Source: Anthoceros angustus
Taxonomy: Eukaryota; Plantae; Anthocerotophyta
Reading direction: 5' to 3'
DNA length: 64,000 nt
NCBI GenBank assembly: GCA_010909165.1
Contig: VJWM01000044.1
Coordinates: forward strand, 558,001 to 622,000
Below, piece after piece: positions 29,516-43,000 of this stretch. The notes below the pieces were generated by a model. It saw only the letters and a program-made list of their open reading frames with translations. It was not told the DNA's origin and did not search any database. Both the position numbers and the translations under genes were made by a program. Within the stretch, counting starts at the first letter, position 1. Each line of letters begins with the position of its first letter.

Positions 29516-32500
29516 CTAAACCAGTGCAGGAGCTGGAAGCACGGCGGGCGCCGTGCCGTCACCTTTGGGAGGTACTTCTGGCTCTGGTAAGGCATCAGTG
29601 CCTTTGCCAGAATCATCATCCAACTCCGTGAACCCCTGCTTGAATTTGTCGTAGTTGCTGAGCTCTGTGGGTTTGAAGGGCCGCTCCCCCAGAATCTGGA
29701 CAAGGTCATTCTGATGTAGCACTTCCTTCTCGAGCAGCTTCTGAGCTAGAGTCTCTATGCCCTCTCGGTGCTTCGTCACTAGGTCCAAAGTTCGCTTGTA
29801 TGCTATATCCACCCACTCCCGTACTTCGTGGTCAATCATCTCTGCTGTGCCATCACTGTAGGGCTTTGTCATCTCCATACCATCCTCTCTTTGTGGGAAC
29901 GATAACAGGCCTATCTTTTTGCTGAACCCGTAAACACCTATCTGGGCGTACGTCATCTTTGTAACTTTCTCCAAATCGTTCTGAGCACCTGTAGAGATTT
30001 TGCCAATCAAAACCTGCAGGCATTGACGATAGAAGGAAAGTCAGAGAGCACAGTACACGCAAAAGCAAACAAATAATACTTGGTAATGCCTGCATGCACA
30101 CCTCTTCTGCTGCCCGTCCACCAAGGATCATGCAGGTCATGTCCAGCATTTGCTCCTTTGTCATGAGGAGATTCTCATTTGGCAAGTACTGCGCAAAGCC
30201 CAATGCCGCAGAACCTCGAGGAACGATGGATACTTTCAACAACGGCTCTGCATGCTCCAGAAACCATCCGGTGACTGCATGACCTGCTTCATGATACGCA
30301 ACGGTTCTCCTTTCCTCCTTGCTGATAACCTACTTGTACACCCAAGCATGACAGGCAAGTCACATTAGCATCAATCGGAACCAGACACCATCAGATATAT
30401 AACCGCCCAGACAGAATCACACGTTGCTCTTACCTTCAGTTTCTTTTCTAGCCCCCCAATTATCCTGTCAATGGCTGCCTCAAAATGCTCCATCGAGATT
30501 TCTTCCTTGTCATTTCTGGCAGCAATAAGGGCAGCCTCATTACAGACATTTGCAATGTCTGCACCTGCAAACCCTGGGGTCAGTGCAGCCATGCGCTCAG
30601 AATAGTACTGAATCTTCTGGTCCAGCTTCAACTTTTTCAGATAGATCCGGAATATTTGCTCGCGACCCTTGATGTCAGGCCTGTCAATCGTGATCTGTCT
30701 GTCAAAGCGCCCAGGCCGCAGTAATGCTTTGTCAAGAATGTCAGGCCTGTTTGTGCCTGCAAGTACAACAACACCTGATGTGCTACCAAAGCCGTCCATT
30801 TCCACTAGAAGCTGATTTAGAGTGCTTTCTCTCTCATCATTAGCACCTGCAAAGCCTCCTCTACCTCGTGCCCGACCAATGGCATCAATCTCATCAATGA
30901 AGATAATACTTGGACTAGTTTGCCGAGCTTGAGCAAATAAATCCCTCACACGCGATGGCCCAACTCCTACAAACATTTCCATAAAATCCGATCCACTTAT
31001 TGCAAGAAAAGGGACACCTGCCTCTCCTGCTGTCGCTTTAGCCAAAAGAGTTTTCCCTGTGCCAGGTGGGCCCACTAGAAGAGCTCCCTTAGGAATTTTG
31101 GCACCAATCTCCTGGTACTTTTTGGGATTTTTCAAAAAGTGAACAAACTCCATAACCTCCTCCTTTGCCTCATCGCAGCCAGCGACATCCTTGAAACTGA
31201 CCTGAGAGCCAGACAATAGATTTAAGAAATTCGACGACCTCAACAGATTGTTCGCAACTACGACACACACCAAATAGTCAGCCTTGGAATGTACAGAGCA
31301 ATAACAATCTTCCAGGAAGCATAATAGGCAGATGTAATGCATCACTGAAACGAAATACCCAGAATCATAGGCATGCATGCCTTTCCTACCTTGTCCTTAG
31401 CCTTCTTTGAGAGCTTTGTGACCTGCGCCTTTCCAACACTGAATATGCCTCTTCCCCCCATACCACCTCCACCACCGCCAATGCCGAATCCACCCTGCAT
31501 CCTCCTCGTGAAGTAGATGTAACCAGCAATCAAAAGTAGAGTGGGGGCAAGCCGCAGTAGCTCCTGCTGCCAACTTAGTTCTGAGACATATGTCACAGAA
31601 ACCTGATCATGTGGATCCACACCCAAGGCATCCTGTGCATCTTCCAGCTTCCTCTCGAAGGATTCAATGCTGCCAATGTTGAAAAAATACTTGTACTTGG
31701 CATCATTTGTTGCAGGATGGTGAGAGTCAGTTTGCAAATCACCCATATCTCCTTGTGAGCCCGTCCGAGATGGCTTTACATAAACTTTAGCAACACTTTT
31801 GTTTGATACCTCAATGTGGTCCACAAGCCCTGGCTCAAGCAACTTATTCTTGAACTCCTGGAAGCTGATCTGTACAAAAGCAAAAGGCTGCGTTACGAGT
31901 GCTGATAGGCTGACAGATTCGCTCGGAAAAATGTTCAGCAGCAGAAAAAAAAATAAGACAACAAAATTAAATGATCCATGCAACATCAGTCATGATGTAC
32001 ATTTACCTGCTCTGCATCAGTACGACCCATACCCAACGTGGCCAAGGCTGCGATTGTCAGCAAACCAGTGGTGACCAAAGCCTGGAACGAGGCCCATGGC
32101 ACTTCTATTGATGGATTTGGATCTTCTGATTTCTGGTCCTCTGCAAGTTATAGGAAGTTTACGTTAGCCCCCAATAAAATGGGGTGACCTCAATTACATG
32201 AGCTGCATCAACCTTACCGTTCTTCGGATCTTTCTCATTTTGAGCCTTTGGTATTCCCTTTTTATTCTTGGGATAAAAGTTCTCATAACCTGTTCCACCC
32301 ACAAGAAGCGAACGAGGTAAGAAGATATCCAGCACAGCAGAAAAGTGGCAAAAGCTTATCCCAACTGACCCCTTACTCTTTTTCCTTGGAGTCTCGCTGC
32401 AGAGCAGCCTTCGCCAGCCAGGACTCTGCAGCAAATTCCTTGCTACATTCGGTGTCACAAGGCCCCTACTTGCCGGACCTAACGTCTGAACCATCCATGC

Positions 32501-32902
32501 TGATGTATGTGTGGATAGCAACCTCCATGTTACAAGGCTTGACCTACGACGCAAGTGCCACAAGCCACCATCCGCACGGGGAAAGAAACTCAACGGCTGA
32601 ACTAGACCCCGCACTTCAGATGCTGATGTATATGATCTAGAAACGTGTTGTCGAAGAACTCCAACCGAAGTGCCATCCCTCACACATTCCTCCTGCAATA
32701 ACCGCAATCCGAACCAATGGCAACAGAATCTCAGATACAAGCCAGGACTGTGCTGCTACCGCACAAGAACAACGAAAAGCAATGAGAGCAAGAGGTGCCA
32801 GTTGCAGCGGAAAGCTAAATCAGAGGACAGCGAGCCAGAAGGAAGACTCACGATGAGCCGGCGAAGAGAACGTGCCGCTCTACTGCACTGCCGTGTTGAC
32901 AT
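29516..32902 (-). CDS. FTSH3/FTSH10: Mitochondrial m-AAA metalloprotease FtsH3/FtsH10 (AFG3-like)
   Basis: Arg/Ser-rich presequence, [72 protein letters not shown] (~30275-30290), [13 protein letters not shown]. Confidence 0.97.
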
Positions 32903-35900
32903 GAGGTCCACAACCACAGACCAATGCCCACGTCCACAATTGCTGTCCAGGCCAACGCGGCAGCTGGAGGCAACGCCTAGACCCGAGCCGGGCAAGCTCA
33001 GACACCGGAAGCCTTCAAGCACTTGCAAACCCTAAGCTCCTAAATTTACACCCCAGGAACCTGAATCCAGCTGTAGAAGCTAGCACAGTTGGCACGACCA
33101 TCAAGGCAGCAGCAGAAGAGAAGCAGCTCAGGCCAAGCACAAGGGCGCTGCCAACCCTTCCTCGAATTGCAGATCCCAATCCTAGACTGTGCACTACGTC
33201 CGAGAGTCAGCCACACGCTAAACCCCCTGAGCACCAACTCCTCTGATGCCAAATACCCGGTGCCGCTGCCCCGGCTTACACAAGCCCCTTTCCTGAGATT
33301 GATACCGAATACAGGATTGCTGTTTGTGCACCCACCAACCCTGCTTCGACAGAGAGCGGATTCGACCTGGATAATGTCCGTGCTTACAGAAAGAGAGATT
33401 GGACCTTGCCAAAGGCCGGCGGGACCGACAACGAGCGGAACTAGCAACCACAACTCGGTCGAAGTTGAATTGGAAGTGCCATGAAGGTCACCGGGCTGTG
33501 GGCTCTCTTGTGATTCCATTGTTATGGTTAACTCACTTATCATTTTTTTCGTTCTTTTCTTATAAAAGGTCAAAAGAATATTTTTTCGTTTTTTCCTTAT
33601 AAAAGGTGAACAAGAATTTTGACGTCATAAGAGCATTTGGAGTAACGCCCCTTACTACGCAACTGGTAAGGAAGCAGTGCACCACGGACGTGCACCACTC
33701 TCAGCACTGTTAATCGACGTGCACCACTCTCAGCACTCTTAATCTCATGACGTAGCACTAGGCTCTAAGTAGCCCGCCCGTCAACTAAAGACTCGTATAT
33801 CACCTCCTCGAGGTGCTGCTCTTTATTCATAGAATACACACTTGAGTTTGGTTATCTCGCCTAATACTTGGAGCCTATCATCAATCGGCGACTCACAAAT
33901 CTCCTCTTCAAGGAGCTGCTCTTTATTCATAGAATACACACTTGAGTCTAGCTATCTACGTCCAATTGGCTACTACCCTTATCTCAACAACAAGCTCACT
34001 AGTTAAGCTCTCCACAGCTCTTTCACTCTTTCAACACAAGACTTGTAGCACACAATGATCTGAATGATGAATGCTCAAAGCCCTTGCTTTAACTCTTATC
34101 TATCCCGTAGGTTCACCTCAACTAGGCAGCTACTAACTTAGATTCTTGCAAACCACTAATCAATAAGAGTCCTTCTATGCGGGCCTTCATTAGTGGTTGC
34201 AATTCCTCTCTAATAGGAGATTGCATGAAGCATGTGTTATTGCATGAAGCATGCAACACATGCATCTTCTTAACAAGGCTACTAATTAGCTTTTGTCTCT
34301 TTTTACTCTTTTCCTTGAGTCTCGCTGCAGAGCAGCCTTCGCCAGCCAGGACTCTGCAGCAATTCCTTGCTACATTCGGTGTCACAAGGCCCCTACTTGC
34401 CGGACCTAACGTCTGAACCATCCATGCTGATGTATGTGTGGATAGCAACCTCCATGTTACAAGGCTTGACCTACGACGCAAGTGCCACAAGCCACCATCC
34501 GCACGGGGAAAGAAACTCAACGGCTGAACTAGACCCCGCACTTCAGATGCTGATGTATATGATCTAGAAACGTGTTGTCGAAGAACTCCAACCGAAGTGC
34601 CATCCCTCACACATTCCTCCTGCAATAACCGCAATCCGAACCAATGGCAACAGAATCTCAGATACAAGCCAGGACTGTGCTGCTACCGCACAAGAACAAC
34701 GAAAAGCAATGAGAGCAAGAGGTGCCAGTTGCAGCGGAAAGCTAAATCAGAGGACAGCGAGCCAGAAGGAAGACTCACGATGAGCCGGCGAAGAGAACGT
34801 GCCGCTCTACTGCACTGCCGTGTTGACATGAGGTCCACAACCACAGACCAATGCCCACGTCCACAATTGCTGTCCAGGCCAACGCGGCAGCTGGAGGCAA
34901 CGCCTAGACCCGAGCCGGGCAAGCTCAGACACCGGAAGCCTTCAAGCACTTGCAAACCCTAAGCTCCTAAATTTACACCCCAGGAACCTGAATCCAGCTG
35001 TAGAAGCTAGCACAGTTGGCACGACCATCAAGGCAGCAGCAGAAGAGAAGCAGCTCAGGCCAAGCACAAGGGCGCTGCCAACCCTTCCTCGAATTGCAGA
35101 TCCAATCCTAGACTGTGCACTACGTCCGAGAGTCAGCCACACGCTAAACCCCTGAGCACCAACTCCTCTGATGCCAAATACCCGGTGCCGCTGCCCCGGC
35201 TTACACAAGCCCCTTTCCTGAGATTGATACCGAATACAGGATTGCTGTTTGTGCACCCACCAACCCTGCTTCGACAGAGAGCGGATTCGACCTGGATAAT
35301 GTCCGTGCTTACAGAAAGAGAGATTGGACCTTGCCAAAGGCCGGCGGGACCGACAACGAGCGGAACTAGCAACCACAACTCGGTCGAAGTTGAATTGGAA
35401 GTGCCATGAAGGTCACCGGGCTGTGGGCTCTCTTGTGATTCCATTGTTATGGTTAACTCACTTATCATTTTTCGTTCTTTTCTTATAAAAGGTCAAAAGA
35501 ATATTTTTCGTTTTTTCCTTATAAAAGGTGAACAAGAATTTTGACGTCATAAGAGCATTTGGAGTAACGCCCCTTACTACGCAACTGGTAAGGAAGCAGT
35601 GCACCACGGACGTGCACCACTCTCAGCACTGTTAATCGACGTGCACCACTCTCAGCACTCTTAATCTCATGACGTAGCACTAGGCTCTAAGTAGCCCGCC
35701 GTCAACTAAAGACTCGTATATCACCTCCTCGAGGTGCTGCTCTTTATTCATAGAATACACACTTGAGTTTGGTTATCTACGCCTAATACTTGGAGCCTAT
35801 CATCAACTGACGACTCACAAATCTCCTCTTCAAGGAGCTGCTCTTTATTCATAGAATACACACTTGAGTCTAGCTATCTACGTCCAATTGGCTACTACCC

Positions 35901-36243
35901 TTATCTCAACAACAAGCTCACTAGTTAAGCTCTCCACAGCTCTTTCACTCTTTCAACACAAGACTTGTAGCACACAATGATCTGAATGATGAATGCTCAA
36001 AGCCCTTGCTTTAACTCTTATCTATCCCGTAGGTTCACCTCAACTAGGCAGCTACTAACTTAGGGGATTCTTGCAAACCACTAATCAATAAGAGTCCTTC
36101 TATGCAGGCCTTCATTAGTGGTTGCAGCAATTCCTCTCTAATAGGAGATTGCATGAAGCATGTGTTATTGCATGAAGCATGCAACACATGCATCTTCTTA
36201 ACAAGGCAGCTACTAATTAGCTTTTGTCTCTTTTTACTCTTTT
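32373..36243. repeat. ~1.93-kb direct tandem duplication (32373-34302 / 34303-36243) of the FtsH 5' exons, upstream region and most of an LTR
   Basis: Identical ORFs 32670-33035 and 34597-34962; TTACTCTTTT microhomology at 32373, 34303 and 36234. Confidence 0.95.
34303..34829 (-). pseudogene. Truncated duplicate of FtsH3/10 exons 1-2, running into LTR sequence
   Basis: Same [16 protein letters not shown] start and exon 2 as the intact gene; homology stops at the duplication junction. Confidence 0.85.
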
Positions 36244-36282
36244 AGCTTTACCTTTCTACCTTATTTTACTAGTGCTATTACT
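35563..36282 (-). mobile_element. 3' LTR (~720 bp) of a chromovirus-type Ty3/Gypsy element, termini AGTAA...TTACT; partial duplicate at 33641-34312
   Basis: On the minus strand the PPT AGGGGGGAGAG (36293-36283) is followed directly by AGTAATAGC and the repeat ends GGGGCGTTACT; internal tandem sub-repeats. The distal end is inferred from the terminal inverted repeat. Confidence 0.75.
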
Positions 36283-37099
36283 CTCTCCCCCCTGGGAAGA
36301 TGCCATTGTCCCCAATGACCTCCCGTGTAAATTGAGATTATCCATGATCCTTATTGCACATCTTCAAGTGAAAGCCAAACAGGACCTGCATAACCACGAA
36401 ACCTTACCAGATACTAAGTACATAACCATGAACAACATGCGCTCTTCTCTCTGCGAAGAATTCAACAATCTCCTGCAGTCCGTGAGGTCTGTGTTGAACC
36501 AAGATCACATAATCCTTCTTCCTATTCATATCCTCATTATCCTTCGAAATCACAAATGGTTTCAGCAAAGAGACATAAACACATTATGAAAGAAGATCCA
36601 ATCAAGTAGTCGTAGTTTGTAAAGCATATTTCCAATGCGCTTCATTTTCACATTTTCAACTACAAACGGTCCTCCATACTTAGGCCTGAACTTTGAGGTC
36701 AACTCTTGTGGTAGTGGGAAATTCTTCAATTTCCCCACACCTTGTAACCTACTTGAAACTCTGCCTCTTTCCAATGCTTGTCAGCAAACTTCTTTTGCCT
36801 TTCTTGAGCTTTGGCCAAAATCTTCTTAGCAACTTCAAACCTAACCTTCAACTGCTCAACAAACTGACATGGTTCTCTTGCTAATGTCTCAAATATTTTA
36901 GCATTTAACATAGAAACTATGTCCATTGCTTCGTTACCTGTCATCTAAAAAAGTATGCATTTATTTGATTTATTTTTCAAAATACCAAATTAAAAAAATC
37001 TAAAAAAGTATGTAGTCTTTGAAGCTATGTACGGTGTAATTGTAACAAATCTCTACATCTTCAAGATGATCACTCCAGTCTCGCTGGTCCATCTGTACA

Positions 37100-40000
37100 T
37101 ATTGGAATCGCGTTATGTTAAGCAGACACTAACTTGTGGTTATGAATGATCACGGGTTAACTAACGTGAATAATGTTTCAATAGGTTATTAAGTTATTAG
37201 GTTAAAAAACAGTTACACTCACTTTTCTTTATTGTTTCATTGAACCCTAAATGCAGTTATCTTTTTCGCTCATCCGCACTCGTTCGCGCTCTGTTTTTGT
37301 TGCCACTCTCAAGTATCAGCATGGTGATATCTTAATCCACTTTATGGTATCAGAGCTATGGACCGTAATCGGATCCCTTATGGCATGGGATCTGCCCCAT
37401 TAACATGGAAGAAATCAACACCATCTGTTGAAGGCAATCCTAACCCTAGGCGATCAGCGATCATGGCAATCCCAAGGATTAGATCTTTTGGAGCCGCAAT
37501 TAGACGTTTCTTTTCCTGAATTCTTCAGCATGGAGCCTGCTGCAACATCGCGTCCAGTTTGGACAGCACCGCCCTTGAGCATTCCCTGGCAGGAGGGGGT
37601 GGTGGGGCTGGGATGGCCCCTGATTCCGTCTTGGCACCGGCGGCCCAAGGCCGAGCCACGAGCGACCCAATCGGATGATCCGCGAGGCGGACCCCTACCT
37701 CTCCGAGGGTCTGCTGTGCGCCACGGCGGCGACAACGCTCCACCACTAAGTCCTCCTCCCCTCCTCTCTTATCTCTGGCGGGCCCCGGCGGCCTCAAGAA
37801 TGGATCTGCCGGTGATCGGTGGCTCTCCCCACTGAACCGGACCTCGGGACCCGTCTCGACTCGGTCCGGACCTCAGGTCCTCTTCTTCCTCCGGTCCTCC
37901 GGCCTTCTTTCTGGAGTTCGGACCTCGGGGTCCGGACTTGCCTCTGGGGTCCGGTCTTCTGGGCCCAACCCTTCCCCTGGAGTCCGGACCTCAGGGTCCG
38001 GTCTCGTCACTAGAGTCTGGACCTCTAAGTCCAGTCCTCCTTCAGGGGGCCGGACTTCGGAGTCCGGCCTTTCTTCAAGAGTCCGGACAAAGTCCGGACT
38101 CACGGACTCCTGGTTTTGCCTCCTCGCCGGGCTTATCACGGGCTCACCCACTGAGCCTTCCCGTGGTTCCCGGGTTCCCGGTTGCGCCCCTTCCACGGCC
38201 TCCCCAGGGCCCTTCTCCCTTCCTTCCGTGCGGAGGTGCAGAGTGCTTACCTCCGAGAATTTACTTCGTTTTGCTCAAACAATACTGGCAGAATTTGAGC
38301 AAATGGGAGCGCAATCAAAGGCGCAGACAGTAGCTGATGCAACACCATGACGCGAAACAGGAATGGAAATCGAGACAGGTTTTGGGGAGATGAAGACTCA
38401 CCTTCTCAAACCCCAGTATCGCCCTCGTAGTCACTGTAATTGCCGCCTGCTCAGTAGAAGAGCGGCCTTTGCCTCGCCGTCCATTACCTACACAACACAA
38501 CACATCTCAGCAAGACCACATAGCCATTAGACATCTAAAATTCACAGTAGGAATCCTTAAAGACCAAGCACATCTAGCACATCAAAACTATAGAAAGGAC
38601 CAGATCAAACTACAAAAACAGATAGGTGTTTTGAGCAAAAAATTGTCACAGGTCTCTCTGCAGTCAGATCGACTTAAAAATTACCACCTAGTATCCGATT
38701 TCTTAGGCAGCCCCGCTATACCTCGTCTGACATCTCTCGCTGTGACCCATCTTTTGGATTGATACAAGTACCTGAACCAACAGAACAGATCTTAGGGTCT
38801 TTAGCAAGAATGTTTGGTCAGGACTCTCAGTCCTCTATACTCTAGGGTAAAATGGAAGGTTTTACAGCACCTATACAATAGCTGTATGTGGTCACCTCCA
38901 AATAGGTATCCTAGATTACCTCAGCATAGTCCTACCTCCCTCAAACCTCCACTCATGGCAACTAATCCACCCAATCCTCCTAATCTGCCCACAATTATAA
39001 ACAACAATACAAACAACACTTTCAAACTGGACATGAAAGACAAGGACAGATTTAACGGGTCGGATTACCCAATATGGGAGCTTCGAATGGAGGCAATCTT
39101 CGAAGAGCAAGATCTCATGGATGTTGTGACAGAAAAATCACAAATCCCGCATTAGCAAACCCTAGAGGTCAGATCCAAACATTCAAGCTTGGGTAAAGCT
39201 GGACAAGAGAGCACGTAGCATAATCCTATCTGCTCTCGACAGGAATATGGTTCAACACACTCAAGGGCAGACCATGTCTGCAGAAGTATGGAAATTGTTT
39301 AAGGACATGTTCGCAGCAAAAGACGGAATGTCGCTTATCAATGCTACTAGACAACTCTATGGCCTTCGGAGGAAGGATAGTGACAGTGTGGAGAATCACT
39401 TACTCAAGTTTCGCGGTTTACGTGCCAAGCTTGCTTCCTGTGGTGATGTTTTGACAGACGGCTTATCACTCCTTCTCACATCTACGCCACATAGTTACTG
39501 AGCATTTGTCACTACACAAACCAACTTTGCAAACCAAGCAGGTGCAAACATTACTTTCTCACAAGTAGTTGGTGCACTGCTGGAGGAGGAATCCAGCAGA
39601 GTTGCTACTGGACGAGGTCAGCAGCAACATAATTCACAAGTCCTCTACACCCAACGTGGACATGGTAGAGGACGAGGTAGAGGAAGGGGACGACCCTATC
39701 CTGCACCAACCTCCTTTACACTTGGACAGAAAAAGAAGGGCACTTGTCATTGGTGTCGCATACCTGGACACTTCGAATCCGAATGTCGTAAGAACCGGGC
39801 TCGAGAGCCACGCCGAGAGGCACCACAGTCTTTGAAACCCATGTAGTGACAAGAGGATGATTAGTCCTACACAACAAAGACACAAGCCGCCAACCATCCT
39901 TGCGTATGTCTCTCCCTTACTCAGGCGATACTAATATGTGGTTCTTGGACTCGGGGCTACACATCATATCGCCTATCGAGACAAATTTGTCACCTATAAA

Positions 40001-43000
40001 CTAGCACCAACTAGTCGGTTTGTGCTACTTGGAGATGATGGATTGGCGATTCGGATATGGTGATGTTTCTTTCCCTATGAAAGGAGGGAACCACATCACA
40101 CTGTTAGGTGTCTTACATGTACCTAACATGAAGAAGAATCTTTTATCAGTCAGGAAACTTGTCCTAGACCACCATCTCATGAGTGTGTTTCACACCTAGT
40201 GGTCATATAGTAACATCGCTTAACAACCACTCAATCATTTTAGGAGAAGGAGTCACTTACAATGATCTCTACCATTTTGACATTACGACCAATTATGCAT
40301 ATGGATCATTCGATGCCAAGAGTGATGTAGACAAGACTTCCCTTTGGCATAATCGCCTCATCATCCTAGCATAACGTACATCGTCAAGTCGTTAGTAAGC
40401 CAGAATTATACAAGGATCCCATTTCTTTTAAACTTGAAGATCACCTTTTCTGCGAAGACTGTCAAGTCGGAAAAATGGCACAGAAGCCATATCATGATCC
40501 TGAGCCTACCAAAGCAACAACACTGCTTGATATCGTGCACTCAGATATATGCGGCCCTATGTCAACATCTTCTTTCGGTGGTTCGATATATTTCCTATTG
40601 TTTATCGACGAATGGAGCCATTATTGCTGCCTGTATTTTCTGCATCATCCTCATCAGACTTATGAGAAGTTTCTAGACTATGTTCAGATGGCAGAAACAC
40701 AAACTGGCCGCAAAGTTAAAAAGCTCAGAAGTGACAATGCTATGGAATACCTCAGCAATGATTTCCAGTCATTTTGCAGACAAAGAGGTATACTTCATCA
40801 GCTGACAGTCCCGTATCATCATGCACAGAATTCATATGCTGAGAGATATAACCGAACTTTGCAAGAGCGCTGTCGGGCTACCCTCTCATCAGCAGGACTT
40901 ACCCGCGGTTACTGGGCTGAGGCAGTAGCAGCAGTAAATTATGTACAGAACAGGCTTCCTATTAAGCCATTGTTCTCCCACACCCCTTTTGAGCGCTGGT
41001 GTGGTCACAAACCAAGAATTGGGCACCTCAGAATTTTTGGTGCAGCTGCATATGCCTACACCCCAGCAGAAAAATGGGGTAAGATGGATAACCGAGCAAC
41101 CAAGCATGTATTCGTTGGTTACTCAGAACAATCAAAAGGCTACAAATTATATAATCCACAGACTCGACAACTTACATTGGCACGAAGTGTAAGTTTCAAT
41201 GAGAGTTTCATACTCACCTCACATCGAGAGTCTGTCACAAGCCACAAGCCATTGTCAGAGCCTTCCATATATGGTCGTACTCCACAGCAATTTTCAGTAG
41301 ATGAAGAGCTAGAGCTCGACATTTCAAACTTTCCCACAGAGTTTATGGACAACACAGTCATTCCAGCAGTTCCTTTAGCCATACCTTAGCCTCCTTTAGC
41401 TGTCCAGCAGCCCATCATACCTCCAGACCCTAATCCTGTAAACATAGATGCAGATTTCTCAGACTTGGATGATGACCCAGCTGCTGATCAGAATTTACAG
41501 CAGGCTGATCCAAATCTAGAGGTACCTGAAGTTGCTGTTCCAGATGTACCAATTTTTCCTCGTCGATCTGCACGAATTCATCGTCCTAGGTCTGAGTGGT
41601 TAGATCCACCATATGAACCTGGTGATAGCTTGGTTTCTCGTGCAGGCCAGAATAACAATCCACAGCATCGTGTCAGTCTTACTGTTTTAGCTAGCACAAT
41701 AGCATCATCTATACTTGATCCACCAGACACACCCTTGACCTATCAGGAAGCATTGTCTGGGCCCCAAAAGGCTGAATGGAAAAAGGCAATACACTGAATA
41801 CAACAGTCTGATTGTTAACAACACATGGGAAATGGTAACCTTACCCGCTAATCGGAAGCCAATAACCTCGAAGTGGGTATTTAAGCTTAAGCTTCACCCA
41901 GATGGTTCTGTGGGATGCTATAAAGCGCGGTTGGTGGCAAGAGGCTACACCCAGGTACAAGGCCTTGACTACACCGAGACCTTTAGCCCAATGGTCAAGC
42001 CCACCTCGATGCGCATCCTCCTATGTTATGCTGTAAGAAACAAATTACTTGTCCATCAAATGGACGTTAAAACGGCATTTTTGAATGGGGATCTCACAGA
42101 AACTATCTACATGAATGAGCCCGAGGGATATATCACTGCTCCAACCAAGGTACATGTCATCTGCTCAAATCTATCTATGGTTTGAAACAGTCAGCACGGA
42201 TGTGGAATGCAAGCGCAGATAAGAAACTCCGCAAGCTAGGGTTTGTCCCTCTTGCTGCGGATTGCAGCGTATATGTGCTGCAAAAGACCGACAAGATCTG
42301 TATCATCGCACTCTATGTGGATGATAATTTTATGTTGCCAATGATCAAGAGATCCTCACCTATATTAAGAAGGAGTTGTCGCATGAGTGGGACATGACGG
42401 ACGTTGGCCCGTTGAAATTTGCCCTAGGAATCCAGTTCCTATTCGATCCTGCAATGGCCAGTGTATGTATACATCAATCTCATTTTATCAGACAGTTGCT
42501 AACCAAGTTTAACTTACAGACATTGAATCCAGTCTCCACCCTGTATCAACTAGTGACAAGCTGTCAATTGAGGATTGCCCATCCACAGACGCTGAAAAGG
42601 CAGCTATGTTGACAGTCCCATACCGAGAGTTAGTAGGAAGCCTGCTTTATCTCGCTGGTTGGACACGACCTGACATTTCCCAGGCAGTAGGCATTGTATC
42701 CCGTTTTCTGCAAAACCCTGGACAGAAGCATTGGGTAGCAGTAAAGAGAATACTGCGCTACTTGAAAGGAACTCAGGACATGTACCTCAAATATACAGGA
42801 GATGGCAGTAGCACTCTTATCTCATATTCGATGCATCGCGGTGGGATGTGGACTCGAGAAAATCGATTGCGCATATTGTGTACTTTTACGAGGTTCGCCA
42901 TTAGTTGGCGTCAAGAAATTATCTACCGTCGACCTATCATCTACCGAGGTAGTATGGCGCCTATCCTTGGTCGCACGAGATCACATGGGTGCGCCGCTTT

